Positions 38,306-47,700 of a stretch of DNA of 64,000 nt are shown in pieces. The stretch is from Candidatus Eiseniibacteriota bacterium (GTDB lineage: Bacteria > Eisenbacteria > RBG-16-71-46). The stretch is taken from positions 2,016,001-2,080,000 of the forward strand of contig OY970178.1 of assembly GCA_963707915.1 (NCBI GenBank). The letters run 5' to 3'. Positions within the stretch are counted from its first letter, which is position 1; each line of letters starts with the position of its first letter. The notes beneath the pieces are model-generated. The model ran no database searches. It had not been told where the DNA came from and worked only from the letters and a program-made list of their open reading frames with translations. Both the position numbers and the translations under genes were made by a program.

Positions 38306-39178
38306 TCAGGCCTCGGCGGCGGGCGCGGCGGCCTTCTCCGGCTCCGGGAGCTGCCCGACGCGGTGCAGGATGATGCTCGGACAGATGTCCACGCAGGCCT
38401 CCCGGCACGAGGGCCCGTAGGCCACGCACATCTCGTGGTCCACGACGATGGTCTGGCCGTCCCAGGTGATGGCGCCCGCGGGGCACTTGGCCACGCAGCG
38501 GCGGCACAGCGTGCAGCCCACCATGCAGGTGGCGCGCACCACGCTGCGCTTGTCGATCGCCACGCAGGAGAGCTCGACGCGGTGGTGGCGCGGCACGAAG
38601 CTCCACAGGTCCTTGGGGCACGAGGTCACGCAGAGGCCGCAGCCGGTGCACTTCGCGTGGTCCACCTCGGGGATCCCCTTGGCCGTCATCGCCAGCGCGC
38701 CGAACGGGCAGGCGTCCACGCAGTCGCCCAGCCCGAGGCAGCCGTTCTTGCAGGCCTTGGGACCGCCGAAGACGAACGAGGCCGCCGCACAGGTGCGGAT
38801 CCCGGAGTAGCGCGCCTCGTCGGGCGCGAAGGCCGAGGTGCCGTGGCAGCGCAGCACCACGACGCGGTCCACCACCGAGCCGGGCTGCTTGCCGGTGAGC
38901 TCGGCCACCGCGTCCGCGACCGCCGTACGGCCCGGGAGGCAGAGGCTGGGCGACACCTCACCGCGCTCCACCACCGCCTCGGCGTAGGCCTGGCAGCCGG
39001 CGAAGCCGCAGGCGCCGCAGTTGGCCGCCGGCAGCCGGTCGCGCACGCGCTCGACCAGCGGGTTCACCGGCACCTGGAACTTCGCCGCCGCCGCGGCCAG
39101 CGCGAAGCCGAAGACCAGGCCGAGCAGGGTGAAGAACGCCAGCCCCCACAGCACGATGCCGAGCGCCGAGGTGTCCAT
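38306..39178 (-). CDS. rnfB: Rnf complex subunit B
   Basis: N-terminal TM, LPAANCGACGFAGC, CKNGCLGLGDCVDACPF and further ferredoxin motifs. Confidence 0.95.
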   Translation of the reverse strand: MDTSALGIVLWGLAFFTLLGLVFGFALAAAAAKFQVPVNPLVERVRDRLPAANCGACGFAGCQAYAEAVVERGEVSPSLCLPGRTAVADAVAELTGKQPGSVVDRVVVLRCHGTSAFAPDEARYSGIRTCAAASFVFGGPKACKNGCLGLGDCVDACPFGALAMTAKGIPEVDHAKCTGCGLCVTSCPKDLWSFVPRHHRVELSCVAIDKRSVVRATCMVGCTLCRRCVAKCPAGAITWDGQTIVVDHEMCVAYGPSCREACVDICPSIILHRVGQLPEPEKAAAPAAEA

Positions 39179-40098
39179 CAGCGGAAGAAGTCCAGGCCGG
39201 AGAAGCCCATGAACGCCAGCGCGAACAGGCCGGCGAGCGCGAAGGCGATGGGCAGGCCCTGGAACGGCCGGGGGACGCGCGCGTACTCCAGGCGTTCGCG
39301 GGCGCACGACATCAGGAACAGCGCGAGCGCGAAGCCCGCGCCCGAGCCGATGGCCAGCGCCAGCGAGTCGAGCGGGCCGTTCGAGGCCTGCGCGTTGAGC
39401 AGCGGCACGGCCAGGATGATGCAGTTGGTGGTGATGAGCATCAGGTAGATGCCCCACTTGCGGTGCAGCACCGGGTGGGTCTTGCGCAGCATGGTGTCGA
39501 GGAACTGCACCACGGAGGCCACCACCCCGATGAACACCAGGATCTGGAAGAAGCCGAGCTGCAGCGGGCGCAGCACGAAGGTGTCGAGCACCCACGAGAC
39601 CATGGCGGTGAAGATCATCACCATCGTGAAGGTGATGCCCATGCCGATCGCCGTGTCGCGCTTCTTGGAGACCCCGAAGAAGATGCACAGGCCGAGGTAG
39701 CGCGTGAAGACGAAGTTGTTGATGAAGGCGGCGGCGATCATCACGCTCAGCAGCAGCGCCCACGCCGCCGGCCGCACGTCGTGCGCGAGCGGCGGGTCGG
39801 TCACCTCGAGCCGGTAGTGCTCGGCGGGCATGAGCCGCTGCTCGAAGGTCAGGACCACGCGGTTCCCTCCGGCCAGCCTCACGCGCGCGACCGGGATGGG
39901 GATGTCGGGCGCCTGCGCGTGGGTGAGGCGGAAGTTCTCCGCGTCGGTGCGCGGCAGCGGGCCGGAGAAGCGCAGCCGCAGCTCGCTGGGCGCGACCACG
40001 CGCGCGCTCAGCACGCGGAGCTCCGCGGCCCCGGCCGCACCCGCGGCCAGCACCAGCGCGGCGAGCAGCGCCACCGGCAGCGCGGGCGCCCTAGGCAC
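39178..40098 (-). CDS. rnfA: Rnf complex subunit A with N-terminal signal peptide and Ig-like extension
   Basis: INNFVFTRYLGLC, LITTNCIIL, LAGLFALAFMGF, preceded in frame by about 110 extra residues. GTG start overlaps the rnfE stop. Confidence 0.9.
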   Translation of the reverse strand: MPRAPALPVALLAALVLAAGAAGAAELRVLSARVVAPSELRLRFSGPLPRTDAENFRLTHAQAPDIPIPVARVRLAGGNRVVLTFEQRLMPAEHYRLEVTDPPLAHDVRPAAWALLLSVMIAAAFINNFVFTRYLGLCIFFGVSKKRDTAIGMGITFTMVMIFTAMVSWVLDTFVLRPLQLGFFQILVFIGVVASVVQFLDTMLRKTHPVLHRKWGIYLMLITTNCIILAVPLLNAQASNGPLDSLALAIGSGAGFALALFLMSCARERLEYARVPRPFQGLPIAFALAGLFALAFMGFSGLDFFR

Positions 40099-40753
40099 CG
40101 TGCCCTCCCGTGCCCGCCGCCGGCCCGGCCGCACCGCCCCCGGCCCGGCGCTCGATCCAGTTGAAGAGCGCCATCAGCAGCGCGATCGAGAAGAAACCGC
40201 CCGCCGGCAGCGCGAAGAAGAGCAGCGGCTTGCCCGGCGCGAGCGGGACGCCGGCGAGGGAGCCGGCGCCGAGCAGCTCGCGGAAGGCGCCGATCATGAG
40301 CAGCGCGAGCAGGAAGCCGAGCCCCATCCCGAGCCCGTCGAAGAAGGTCGGCACCAGCGGCTGGCGCGAGGCGAACACCTCGAGCCGCGAGATGATGATG
40401 GCGAAGGCCACGATCAGCTTCACGTAGAGCCCGACCTGGGCGTAGAGCGCGGGCGCGAAGGCCGCGAGCGACATGTCGATGGCGCTCACCCACACGGCGA
40501 TGATGATGGTGTAGACCGGGATGCGCACGCGCGGGTGGATGAGCCGCTTCGCCAGCGTCACCGTGACGCTCGAAAGCACCTGCACGAACAGCACCGCCAC
40601 GCCCAGCAGCAGGCCGTTCAGCACCGTGGTGGTCACCGCCACGGCCGGGCACAGGCTCAGCGCCAGCCGGAACACGGGGTTCTCGGCGAAGATGCCGTTC
40701 AGGATCAGCTGCCGCGCGCTCGGCGCGGGCCCGGGGTGGAGCACGGTGCTCAC
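40091..40753 (-). CDS. rnfE: Rnf complex subunit E
   Basis: ENPVF..LSLCPAVAVT, RVRIP, FRELLG, LPAGGF. Confidence 0.92.
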   Translation of the reverse strand: MSTVLHPGPAPSARQLILNGIFAENPVFRLALSLCPAVAVTTTVLNGLLLGVAVLFVQVLSSVTVTLAKRLIHPRVRIPVYTIIIAVWVSAIDMSLAAFAPALYAQVGLYVKLIVAFAIIISRLEVFASRQPLVPTFFDGLGMGLGFLLALLMIGAFRELLGAGSLAGVPLAPGKPLLFFALPAGGFFSIALLMALFNWIERRAGGGAAGPAAGTGGHGA

Positions 40754-41610
40754 AGCAGGCCCTCCAGGTGCGGCGCCAGAAGCCACCAGCGCCGGCGGAA
40801 GTGGTCCACGGTCTTGCGCACGCCCTCGGTCACGGCGCGGCTCGAGATGGTCGCGCCGGTCACGGCGTAGATGGGCCGCGTGCGCTCGCGCTGCAGCAGC
40901 TCGCGGTGGCGCGCCGGGCCGTCGGGGGCACGCCGGGCGAAGGCCACCAGCGCCTGCTTCCAGTCCTCGGGCATCGGGTCCCGGGTCACGTCGAGCCGGG
41001 CGAGCTCCTCCGCCGTGCGCCCCACGTACTGCTCGCGGAACCACGGCTGCGCCACCTCGGCGCCGAGCCCGGGGTCGTCGGTGGTCTCGATGATCCGCAT
41101 GTCCACGATCTCGAAGTCGGGCTTCATCGCCACGAACAGCCGGATCGGCGCCTTGTAGCCGCGCGTCTCGCCCTGCACCACGAAGCCCGCGGGCTGGCCG
41201 GCCCGCGTCGCGACGAACATGCGGCCCAGCGGCGCCCACTCGCGGCCGACCGGGTCCGCGACCGGCACGTCGCGGGCGCCCGCCAGCGCGCCGTCCAGCG
41301 TGAACGTCACCTCGTGCGCCGTCCCGCTGGTCGCCCCCAGCGGCGCGGCGCGGTAGACCACCTCGCGCGCCCCGGGCATCAGGAACTGGCGGACCTCGAG
41401 CAGGCGCGCCCCCTCGTCCAGGCCCAGCATCTCGTGGATGGCCGCGCGCTCGGCGGCCCGGGCGGAGGCGACCCGGTAGCGCTCGGTGCCGAGGTAGACC
41501 AGCCCCAGCACGGCGGCGCCCGCCAGGCACGCCACGCTCATCGAGAGCACGATGCGCGCCAGTTCGCGCCCCGCGAGGCGCGGCTTCGGCCGGACCACGT
41601 CGTGGCTCAC
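40750..41610 (-). CDS. rnfG: Rnf complex subunit G (FMN-binding), extended
   Basis: N-terminal TM, RGYKAPI, DDPGLG, flavinylation motif AVTGATISS. Confidence 0.85.
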   Translation of the reverse strand: MSHDVVRPKPRLAGRELARIVLSMSVACLAGAAVLGLVYLGTERYRVASARAAERAAIHEMLGLDEGARLLEVRQFLMPGAREVVYRAAPLGATSGTAHEVTFTLDGALAGARDVPVADPVGREWAPLGRMFVATRAGQPAGFVVQGETRGYKAPIRLFVAMKPDFEIVDMRIIETTDDPGLGAEVAQPWFREQYVGRTAEELARLDVTRDPMPEDWKQALVAFARRAPDGPARHRELLQRERTRPIYAVTGATISSRAVTEGVRKTVDHFRRRWWLLAPHLEGLL

Positions 41611-42593
41611 GAGAGCGCTCCCGCGGCCTGCACCCGGCGCGGCCGGAACCACAGGTCGATCGCCGGCACCATGGCGTTGGCGATGAGGATGGCGAAGCAG
41701 ATGCCCTCGGGGTAGCCCCCCCACATGCGGATCAGCCCGGTCAGCAGCCCGATCAGCACGCCGAAGACCAGCTGCCCCGTGCGCGTGACCGGCGCGGTGA
41801 CGTAGTCGGTCGCCATGAAGAACGCGGCCAGCCAGACGCCGCCCGAGAGCATGTGCAGCCAGGCCGCGCCACTGAACGAGGTCATGACCGCCAGCCCGAA
41901 GAAAACGCCGAGCGGCGCGTGGAGCCGGATGATGCCGCGCGCCAGCAACACCAGGGCGCCGAGCACGATGAGCACGATCGAGACCTCCCCGATCGAACCG
42001 GGCCGCAGGCCGATGAGCAGCCGGAACCAGCCCTCGGGCCCGCCGATCAGGTGCAGCGCGGCCTGCAGGTCGTGCTCGCGCATGACCCCGAGCGGCGTGG
42101 CGGTGGTGATGGCCTCGAGCCGCGAGTACCAGGCGCGCGGGATGGACCAGCCGATCGTCATCGCCACCGGGAAGGAGGCCATCATGAACGCCCGCCCGAT
42201 CATCGCCGGGTTGAAGAGGTTGTAGCCCAGCCCGCCGAAGATCATCTTGCCGAACAGGATGGCGAACGCGCCGCCGATCGTCGCCGCCCACCACGGCACC
42301 AGCGGCGGCAGCGTGAGCGCGAGCAGCAACCCGGTGCACACGGCGCTGCCGTCCCCCACCGTCGCGCGCTGCCTCATGAGCCGCTTCGCGAGCAGCTCGG
42401 CACCCACCGCGCCGGCGACCGCTCCCAGGATGACCTCCAGCGCCGGGGGACCGAACACCCACACGCCCCACGCCGTGGTCGGCAGCAACGCGGCGTTCAC
42501 CCACCACATGATGCCGGCCGTGGTCTCCGTGGTCCGCAGGTGCGGCCCCGGGGTCACGACGAACGGCTGCCGGGCAGCGGTCGCTTCGCTCAT
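41607..42593 (-). CDS. rnfD: Rnf complex subunit D
   Basis: GPHL, GKMIFGGLGYNLFNPA, AITTATP (FMN site), GSIGEVS, FMATDYVTAP, YPEG. Confidence 0.95.
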   Translation of the reverse strand: MSEATAARQPFVVTPGPHLRTTETTAGIMWWVNAALLPTTAWGVWVFGPPALEVILGAVAGAVGAELLAKRLMRQRATVGDGSAVCTGLLLALTLPPLVPWWAATIGGAFAILFGKMIFGGLGYNLFNPAMIGRAFMMASFPVAMTIGWSIPRAWYSRLEAITTATPLGVMREHDLQAALHLIGGPEGWFRLLIGLRPGSIGEVSIVLIVLGALVLLARGIIRLHAPLGVFFGLAVMTSFSGAAWLHMLSGGVWLAAFFMATDYVTAPVTRTGQLVFGVLIGLLTGLIRMWGGYPEGICFAILIANAMVPAIDLWFRPRRVQAAGALS

Positions 42594-43966
42594 CGCGTCC
42601 CCGTCGCCAGGTTCTCGCGCTGCTTGCGCAGCGCGCTCTTCGCCACCTGCAGGAACTGCACCAGCGGTCGCTGCGACGGGCAGACGTAGGCGCAGGCCCC
42701 GCACTCGTAGCACTCCACCGCGCCGAAATCCGCGGTCTCGGCGGCGTGCCCGGCCTCGACCCGGACCGAGACCTGGTTGGGCTCGAGCCCCAGCGGGCAG
42801 GCGTCGAGGCAGCGCCCGCACTGGATGCACGGCCCGTAGCCCTGCTCGAACGGGCCCTGGCCGGTGAGCAGCACCAGGCCGTTCATCCCCTTGACCAGCG
42901 GCACGTCGAGGCGCGGCAGCGCGCGGCCCATCATCGGACCGCCCGAGATCACGCGCGTGGCCTGGTCGGTCAGACCGCCGCAGAAGCGCACCAGGTCGGC
43001 GAGCAGCGTGCCGATCGGGGCGCGCACGTTCCGGGGCTGCGCCACGCCCGGGCCGGTCACGGTCACCACGCGCTCGATCAGCGGCCGGCGGAAGCGCACG
43101 GCGTCGTGCACCGCGGCCGCCGTCGCCACGTTCTGCACCACCACGTGCACCGCGTAGGGCAGCGAGCGGGGCGGGATCACGCGCCCGGTCAGCGCGGCGA
43201 CCAGCTGCTTCTCGGCGCCCTGCGGGTAGCGCGACGGCACGACGCGGACCTGGACGTCCAGGCCGTGCAGCGCGCTCGAGCCGGCGGCCGCCTCGAGCGC
43301 GGCGGCGGCGTCGAGCTTGTCCGACTCCACGCCGACCAGGACGCGCCGCACGCCGACGATGCGGGCCAGCAGGGCGGCGCCCTCGACGATGGCGCGCGGC
43401 TCCGCCAGCATCAGCCGGTAGTCCGAGGTCAGGTACGGCTCGCACTCGGCCCCGTTGATGACCAGCGTGTCCACCGTCACGCCCGGCGGCAGCCGGAGCT
43501 TGCGGAAGGTCGGGAACGCCGCCCCGCCCAGGCCGACGATGCCGGCCTCGCGGATGCGCGCCAGCATCTCCTCGGGGTCGAGCGCGCGCCAGGCCGCGTC
43601 CTCGGGGAACTCGAGGGCGGGCGCCCCGGTCTCGTCCACCCGCGCCAGCACGATGGCCTGCGCCTGGACCAGCGTGGGGTGCGCCTGCTTGTCGATCGAC
43701 TTGACCTTGCCGTCGATGGAGGCGTGCAGCGGCACGCCGCTGCCCGCGGCCTCGGCGATCTTCTGCCCGCGCCGCACCACGTCGCCCTTCTTGACCACCG
43801 GCACCGCCGGGTCGCCCAGGTGCTGCACCAGCGGCAGCACGACCTCCGCCGGGGGCGGCAGGTCCTCGATCGGGCGGCCCGCGGTGGCCTCCTTGCGCGG
43901 GCCGGGATGGCTCGGCCCGCGCATCAACTCGAATAGCGCGGCGCCGCGTGAGTCGGAGTGCGTCAT
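42590..43966 (-). CDS. rnfC: Rnf complex subunit C
   Basis: GIVGLGGAAFPT, NGAECEPYLT, YPQGAEK, GGPMMG, CIQCGRCLDACP, CYECGACAYVCP. Confidence 0.96.
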   Translation of the reverse strand: MTHSDSRGAALFELMRGPSHPGPRKEATAGRPIEDLPPPAEVVLPLVQHLGDPAVPVVKKGDVVRRGQKIAEAAGSGVPLHASIDGKVKSIDKQAHPTLVQAQAIVLARVDETGAPALEFPEDAAWRALDPEEMLARIREAGIVGLGGAAFPTFRKLRLPPGVTVDTLVINGAECEPYLTSDYRLMLAEPRAIVEGAALLARIVGVRRVLVGVESDKLDAAAALEAAAGSSALHGLDVQVRVVPSRYPQGAEKQLVAALTGRVIPPRSLPYAVHVVVQNVATAAAVHDAVRFRRPLIERVVTVTGPGVAQPRNVRAPIGTLLADLVRFCGGLTDQATRVISGGPMMGRALPRLDVPLVKGMNGLVLLTGQGPFEQGYGPCIQCGRCLDACPLGLEPNQVSVRVEAGHAAETADFGAVECYECGACAYVCPSQRPLVQFLQVAKSALRKQRENLATGTR

Positions 43967-43979
43967 GGTCGTCCGGGCC

Positions 43980-44999
43980 CTACAGGAACAGCGCGTCGAG
44001 CGCGCCGGGCCAGCCGCGGAAGCGGCTCGGACCGAGCAGGAACGCGGCCGTGGACATCTGGTCGGACGCCACCGCCGTGCGCGCCAGGACGCTCACGCTG
44101 ACGTGGCCGTCCGCGGGTGTGCCGCGCTTCGCGTCGAGGATGTGGCCGAGCCGATGGCCCGCGATGGTGCGGAAGCGTTCGGTGTTGGCGCTGGTCGCCA
44201 CCGCGGCGTCCCGCAGGCTGAAGACGCGCTCGGTCCGCCCGGTGCGCGGGTGGAACAGCGCCACCGACCAGCCGTCGGCGCCGTCCTCGGGCACGCCCAG
44301 CCCGTAGACGTTGCCGCCCGCGTCCACCAGGCCCGAAGTGACGCCCTCCGCGCGCAGGGCCTCCACGGCGCGGTCCACGGCCCAGCCCTTGCCGATCGAG
44401 CCCAGGTCGAGGCCCATGCCGCGCCGCGCCAGCGCGACGGTGCCGGCGCCCCGGTCGAGCCGCACGTCCTCGAACCCGACCAGGGCCAGCGCCCGGTCCA
44501 CCTCGGCGGTGGTGGGCAGGCTCGCGCGATCGGGACCGTAGAAGCCGTAGAGCGTCATGAGCGGCAGCACGGTCGGGTCGTACAGCCCGCCCGAGCGGCG
44601 CGCGCACGCGCCGGCCTGCTCCACCACCTCGAGCAGCGCCGGCGCGACCCGCACCGGCTCGAGTCCCGCGGCCCGGTTCAGCCGCGACAACCCGCTGTCG
44701 GCGCGGTGGGCGCTCATCTGCGCGTCCACTTCGCGCATCGCGGCGAAGGCACGCTCGACCGCGCGGGTCGCGCGGCCGCGGTCGGGATGGCGCGCGACGA
44801 CCCGCACCCAGGTGCCCATCAGCGGACGGCCCGCCTCGACGCTCTCGACCGGCCGGTGCTGCGTGCGACGCAGCACCGGGGCCATGATCCCGGCGCCGGC
44901 GAGCAGGCCGAGGCCGGCGAGGAAATCGCGACGGGTGAACGGCTTCCGCCCGGCGAGTGGGCCTTCGGGCGGCAATGGCGTAAGGTGGGAGCGCGCCAT
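43980..44999 (-). CDS. apbE: FAD:protein FMN transferase with Tat signal
   Basis: TRRDFL twin-arginine motif; LMGT, YDPTV.PL, LDLGSIGKGWAVD, DAGGN, ATS, HILD. Confidence 0.93.
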   Translation of the reverse strand: MARSHLTPLPPEGPLAGRKPFTRRDFLAGLGLLAGAGIMAPVLRRTQHRPVESVEAGRPLMGTWVRVVARHPDRGRATRAVERAFAAMREVDAQMSAHRADSGLSRLNRAAGLEPVRVAPALLEVVEQAGACARRSGGLYDPTVLPLMTLYGFYGPDRASLPTTAEVDRALALVGFEDVRLDRGAGTVALARRGMGLDLGSIGKGWAVDRAVEALRAEGVTSGLVDAGGNVYGLGVPEDGADGWSVALFHPRTGRTERVFSLRDAAVATSANTERFRTIAGHRLGHILDAKRGTPADGHVSVSVLARTAVASDQMSTAAFLLGPSRFRGWPGALDALFL

Positions 45000-45082
45000 G
45001 GGGCTACGGACTCCTCGGGTTTGCGATGGAGGTCTCCCCGGCGGCCCCGGGCGGGAAGGTCTGCTGCCTGCCTTCCCGGTTA

Positions 45083-45115
45083 GCATGATTCATGCAGGGT
45101 AGCACAAGTCCTGTG
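45083..45115. promoter_or_regulatory. Dyad motifs in the divergent rnf / ferredoxin-por intergenic region
   Basis: GCATGA-T-TCATGC (45083-45095) and near-dyad CACAA-GTC-CTGTG in an AT-richer patch. Confidence 0.35.
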
Positions 45116-45185
45116 AATTCCAGCCCGGCGCCCGGCGCCGGACCCAGCAAGGACGTAACCCGCCAACTCCAGAAGGAGCACCAAA

Positions 45186-45392
45186 TTGGGCAAGATTCCT
45201 GAGTTCTACGTGGACGCCGATCTGTGCACGGAATGCGGCGACTGCATCACGGCCATCCCCGAGGCCTTCCGGAAGGTCGCAGGTGAAGAAGTGGCAGAGG
45301 TTTACAACGTCAATCTGGACGAGAGCTTCCTGCCAAAAGTGGAGAAGATTATGACAGATTGTCCGGCCGCCGCCATCCTCTGGAAGAAGTGA
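45186..45392 (+). CDS. Monocluster [4Fe-4S]/[3Fe-4S] ferredoxin
   Basis: GAAGGAG RBS, TTG start, VDADLCTECGDC...DCPAAAI. Confidence 0.85.
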   Translation: MGKIPEFYVDADLCTECGDCITAIPEAFRKVAGEEVAEVYNVNLDESFLPKVEKIMTDCPAAAILWKK

Positions 45393-45400
45393 GGACCTCC

Positions 45401-46375
45401 GTGAAGCCTCTGGACCTGAGAAAGACCCTTGGGGAGTCGGTGCTCGAGATCCGCGGCGACGGCAAGGCCGGCGGCGGTCTCGTGCTCGCCTTCCAGAGCC
45501 TCGCCAGCCTGGCGCTGACCGACCCGACCCTGAACGTCCAGGAGTGGCCGTTCTTCAGCTCCGCGCGCCGCGGCGCCAACATCCGCTCCTACGTGCGCGT
45601 CAGCTCGCGCCCCATCCGCATCGCCTGCGAGGTGACCAACCCGACGCTCGTGCTGTTGATGGACGAAGGCGCGTCCCGCACGGTGGACTTCGCCCAGGGC
45701 GTGCCCCCGGGCGGCACCTTCGTGCTCAACACGCGGCACTCGCCCGAGGTCTGCGCGAAGCACTACGGGCTGTCCGGCCGCGTGATCACCATCTCCGGCG
45801 ACGAGATCGGGCTGAAGCACCTCAAGGCCCAGATCGGCAACGTCTCGGCCTACGTCGCCATGGCGCACGCCATCGGCGGGTTCAAGCCCGAGACCATCAT
45901 CGACACCTTCCTCTACGCGCTCAAGAAGCGCCGCATCCCGGAGACCGTGCTGCAGCGCAACCGCGAGGCGCTCGAGGCGAGCCTGACCGAGGTCAAGGAG
46001 GGCGTGTTCGACGAGGCCAAGGCGGGTTCGCACCAGGTCCCGCCGTTCGCGGGCTACGGCGAACTGCCGGTCGGCGCGCAGACCGCCCTGCGCCTCTCGC
46101 AGGACAACCTGACCGCCTACTACGCCCGCAGCGGCGTGCAGCTGCACTTCGCGGACCCCGAGGACAAGTGCACCGGCTGCGGACACTGCATCACCAACTG
46201 CCCCGAGGGCATCATCCACTGGGAGCCGAACGAGAAGAACGGCCTCAAGGTCACGGGCAGCGACGTCACCGACTACTGCAAGCTCTGCGCGGAGTGCATC
46301 AGCGTCTGTCCCGAGAACCTGTTCTCCGAGGTCCCGTTCAACGTGGCCTGGAAGGAAGCGGAGGTCACGTCATGA
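45401..46375 (+). CDS. 2-oxoacid oxidoreductase fused gamma-delta subunit
   Basis: EIRGDGKAGGG, FSSARRGANIRSYVR, C-terminal CTGCGHCITNCPEG and DYCKLCAECISVCP. Confidence 0.85.
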   Translation: MKPLDLRKTLGESVLEIRGDGKAGGGLVLAFQSLASLALTDPTLNVQEWPFFSSARRGANIRSYVRVSSRPIRIACEVTNPTLVLLMDEGASRTVDFAQGVPPGGTFVLNTRHSPEVCAKHYGLSGRVITISGDEIGLKHLKAQIGNVSAYVAMAHAIGGFKPETIIDTFLYALKKRRIPETVLQRNREALEASLTEVKEGVFDEAKAGSHQVPPFAGYGELPVGAQTALRLSQDNLTAYYARSGVQLHFADPEDKCTGCGHCITNCPEGIIHWEPNEKNGLKVTGSDVTDYCKLCAECISVCPENLFSEVPFNVAWKEAEVTS

Positions 46376-47700
46376 GCACCGAACTCAACGCCGCCGCGAC
46401 GCGTGTCACCACGCCCTCCGGCGACTGGTATCCCGACGCGATCGACCTGGCGGCCGTGAAGGCCGCGCACGTCCCGCTCTATACCCAGCGCACCGAGATC
46501 ACCTCGGACGGCAACCAGGCCGCGGCGGTCGCCGGCCTGCAGATGTGGCGCTGCCTGATCTACGCCGGCTTCCCGATCACGCCCTCGACCAAGTGGGCCG
46601 AGTTCTCGGCCGCGACCATCAACGGCCAGAAGGGCACCAAGAAGCGCGTCAAGCTCATGGAGGCGGAGCACGCGGTGGCGGACTACATGGCCGCCGCGTC
46701 CGCGGCCTGCCGCGACTTGATCTTCACCACCGCGACCAGCTCGGTCGGGCTCGACCACATGTACGAGACCATCAAGTCGATGGGCGCGAGCGGCCTCGGC
46801 AACGCGATGCTCATCAACGTGTACCGGTGCTCGGCCAACTACCCGCTGTGCATCGAGGGCGATCCTTCGGACACGCTCGGCCAGCGGGACTCCGGCTGGA
46901 TCCAGATCTCCTGCCGCGGCAAGCAGCAGATCTACGACACCGTCCTGCAGATGCCGTGCGTCGGCATGCACCACGACGTGCTCACGCCGACCATGCCGGG
47001 CTTCTACGGCATCAAGGACAGCCACCGCAACGCGCGCCTGGTCTGCGAGCCGGATGCGGCGGTCCACGAGTTCCAGGACCGCTGGATCAAGCCCTGCCCG
47101 CTGCCGGGCCTGATCAACGGCGACACCGCCATGGGCAACTGCGTCACCTCGCGGTACTTCCAGGGCTTCAAGGTCACGCAGAAGCGCCGCTTCGAGAAGA
47201 CCCTCGACGTGCTGCCGCAGGTCGGGGCGGATTTCGAGCGCACGTTCGGGCGCCCCGGTGTCTCGTTCTTCGAGCTGGCCGGCTGGCCCGAGTCGGGCGG
47301 CCCCGACCTGGCGGTGGTCAGCATGGGGCCGGACTTCGGCACCTTCGAGGAGATCCGCGAGGGCTACGCCAGGAAGCACGGCCTCAAGGTGGGCGGGATG
47401 TGCATCCGCCTGCTGTCGCCGTTCCCCCGCGAGGCGGTGCGCGAGAAGCTGCGTCACGCGCGCGCGGTGCTGGTCGTCAACCAGGCGCATCACCAGTCAC
47501 GCGGCCACCTGACGCTCGACGTGGCGGACGCGCTCTGCAACCTCAGCTCTCCTCCCGCCGTGGTCAGCACCTTCTGCGGCATGGGCGGCGCGGACGTCTC
47601 CGTGTCGACCTGGGAGGCGATGCTCGACAGCGGGCGGCGCGCCCTGTCCGGCGACATGCCTCCTCCCTACCAGATCTTCCACGAGGGGGCCGTGCTATGA
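46372..47700 (+). CDS. PorA-like 2-oxoacid oxidoreductase alpha subunit (divergent)
   Basis: DGNQAAA, GFPITPST, MEAEH, TATSSVGL; ATGA coupling. Confidence 0.85.
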   Translation: MSTELNAAATRVTTPSGDWYPDAIDLAAVKAAHVPLYTQRTEITSDGNQAAAVAGLQMWRCLIYAGFPITPSTKWAEFSAATINGQKGTKKRVKLMEAEHAVADYMAAASAACRDLIFTTATSSVGLDHMYETIKSMGASGLGNAMLINVYRCSANYPLCIEGDPSDTLGQRDSGWIQISCRGKQQIYDTVLQMPCVGMHHDVLTPTMPGFYGIKDSHRNARLVCEPDAAVHEFQDRWIKPCPLPGLINGDTAMGNCVTSRYFQGFKVTQKRRFEKTLDVLPQVGADFERTFGRPGVSFFELAGWPESGGPDLAVVSMGPDFGTFEEIREGYARKHGLKVGGMCIRLLSPFPREAVREKLRHARAVLVVNQAHHQSRGHLTLDVADALCNLSSPPAVVSTFCGMGGADVSVSTWEAMLDSGRRALSGDMPPPYQIFHEGAVL

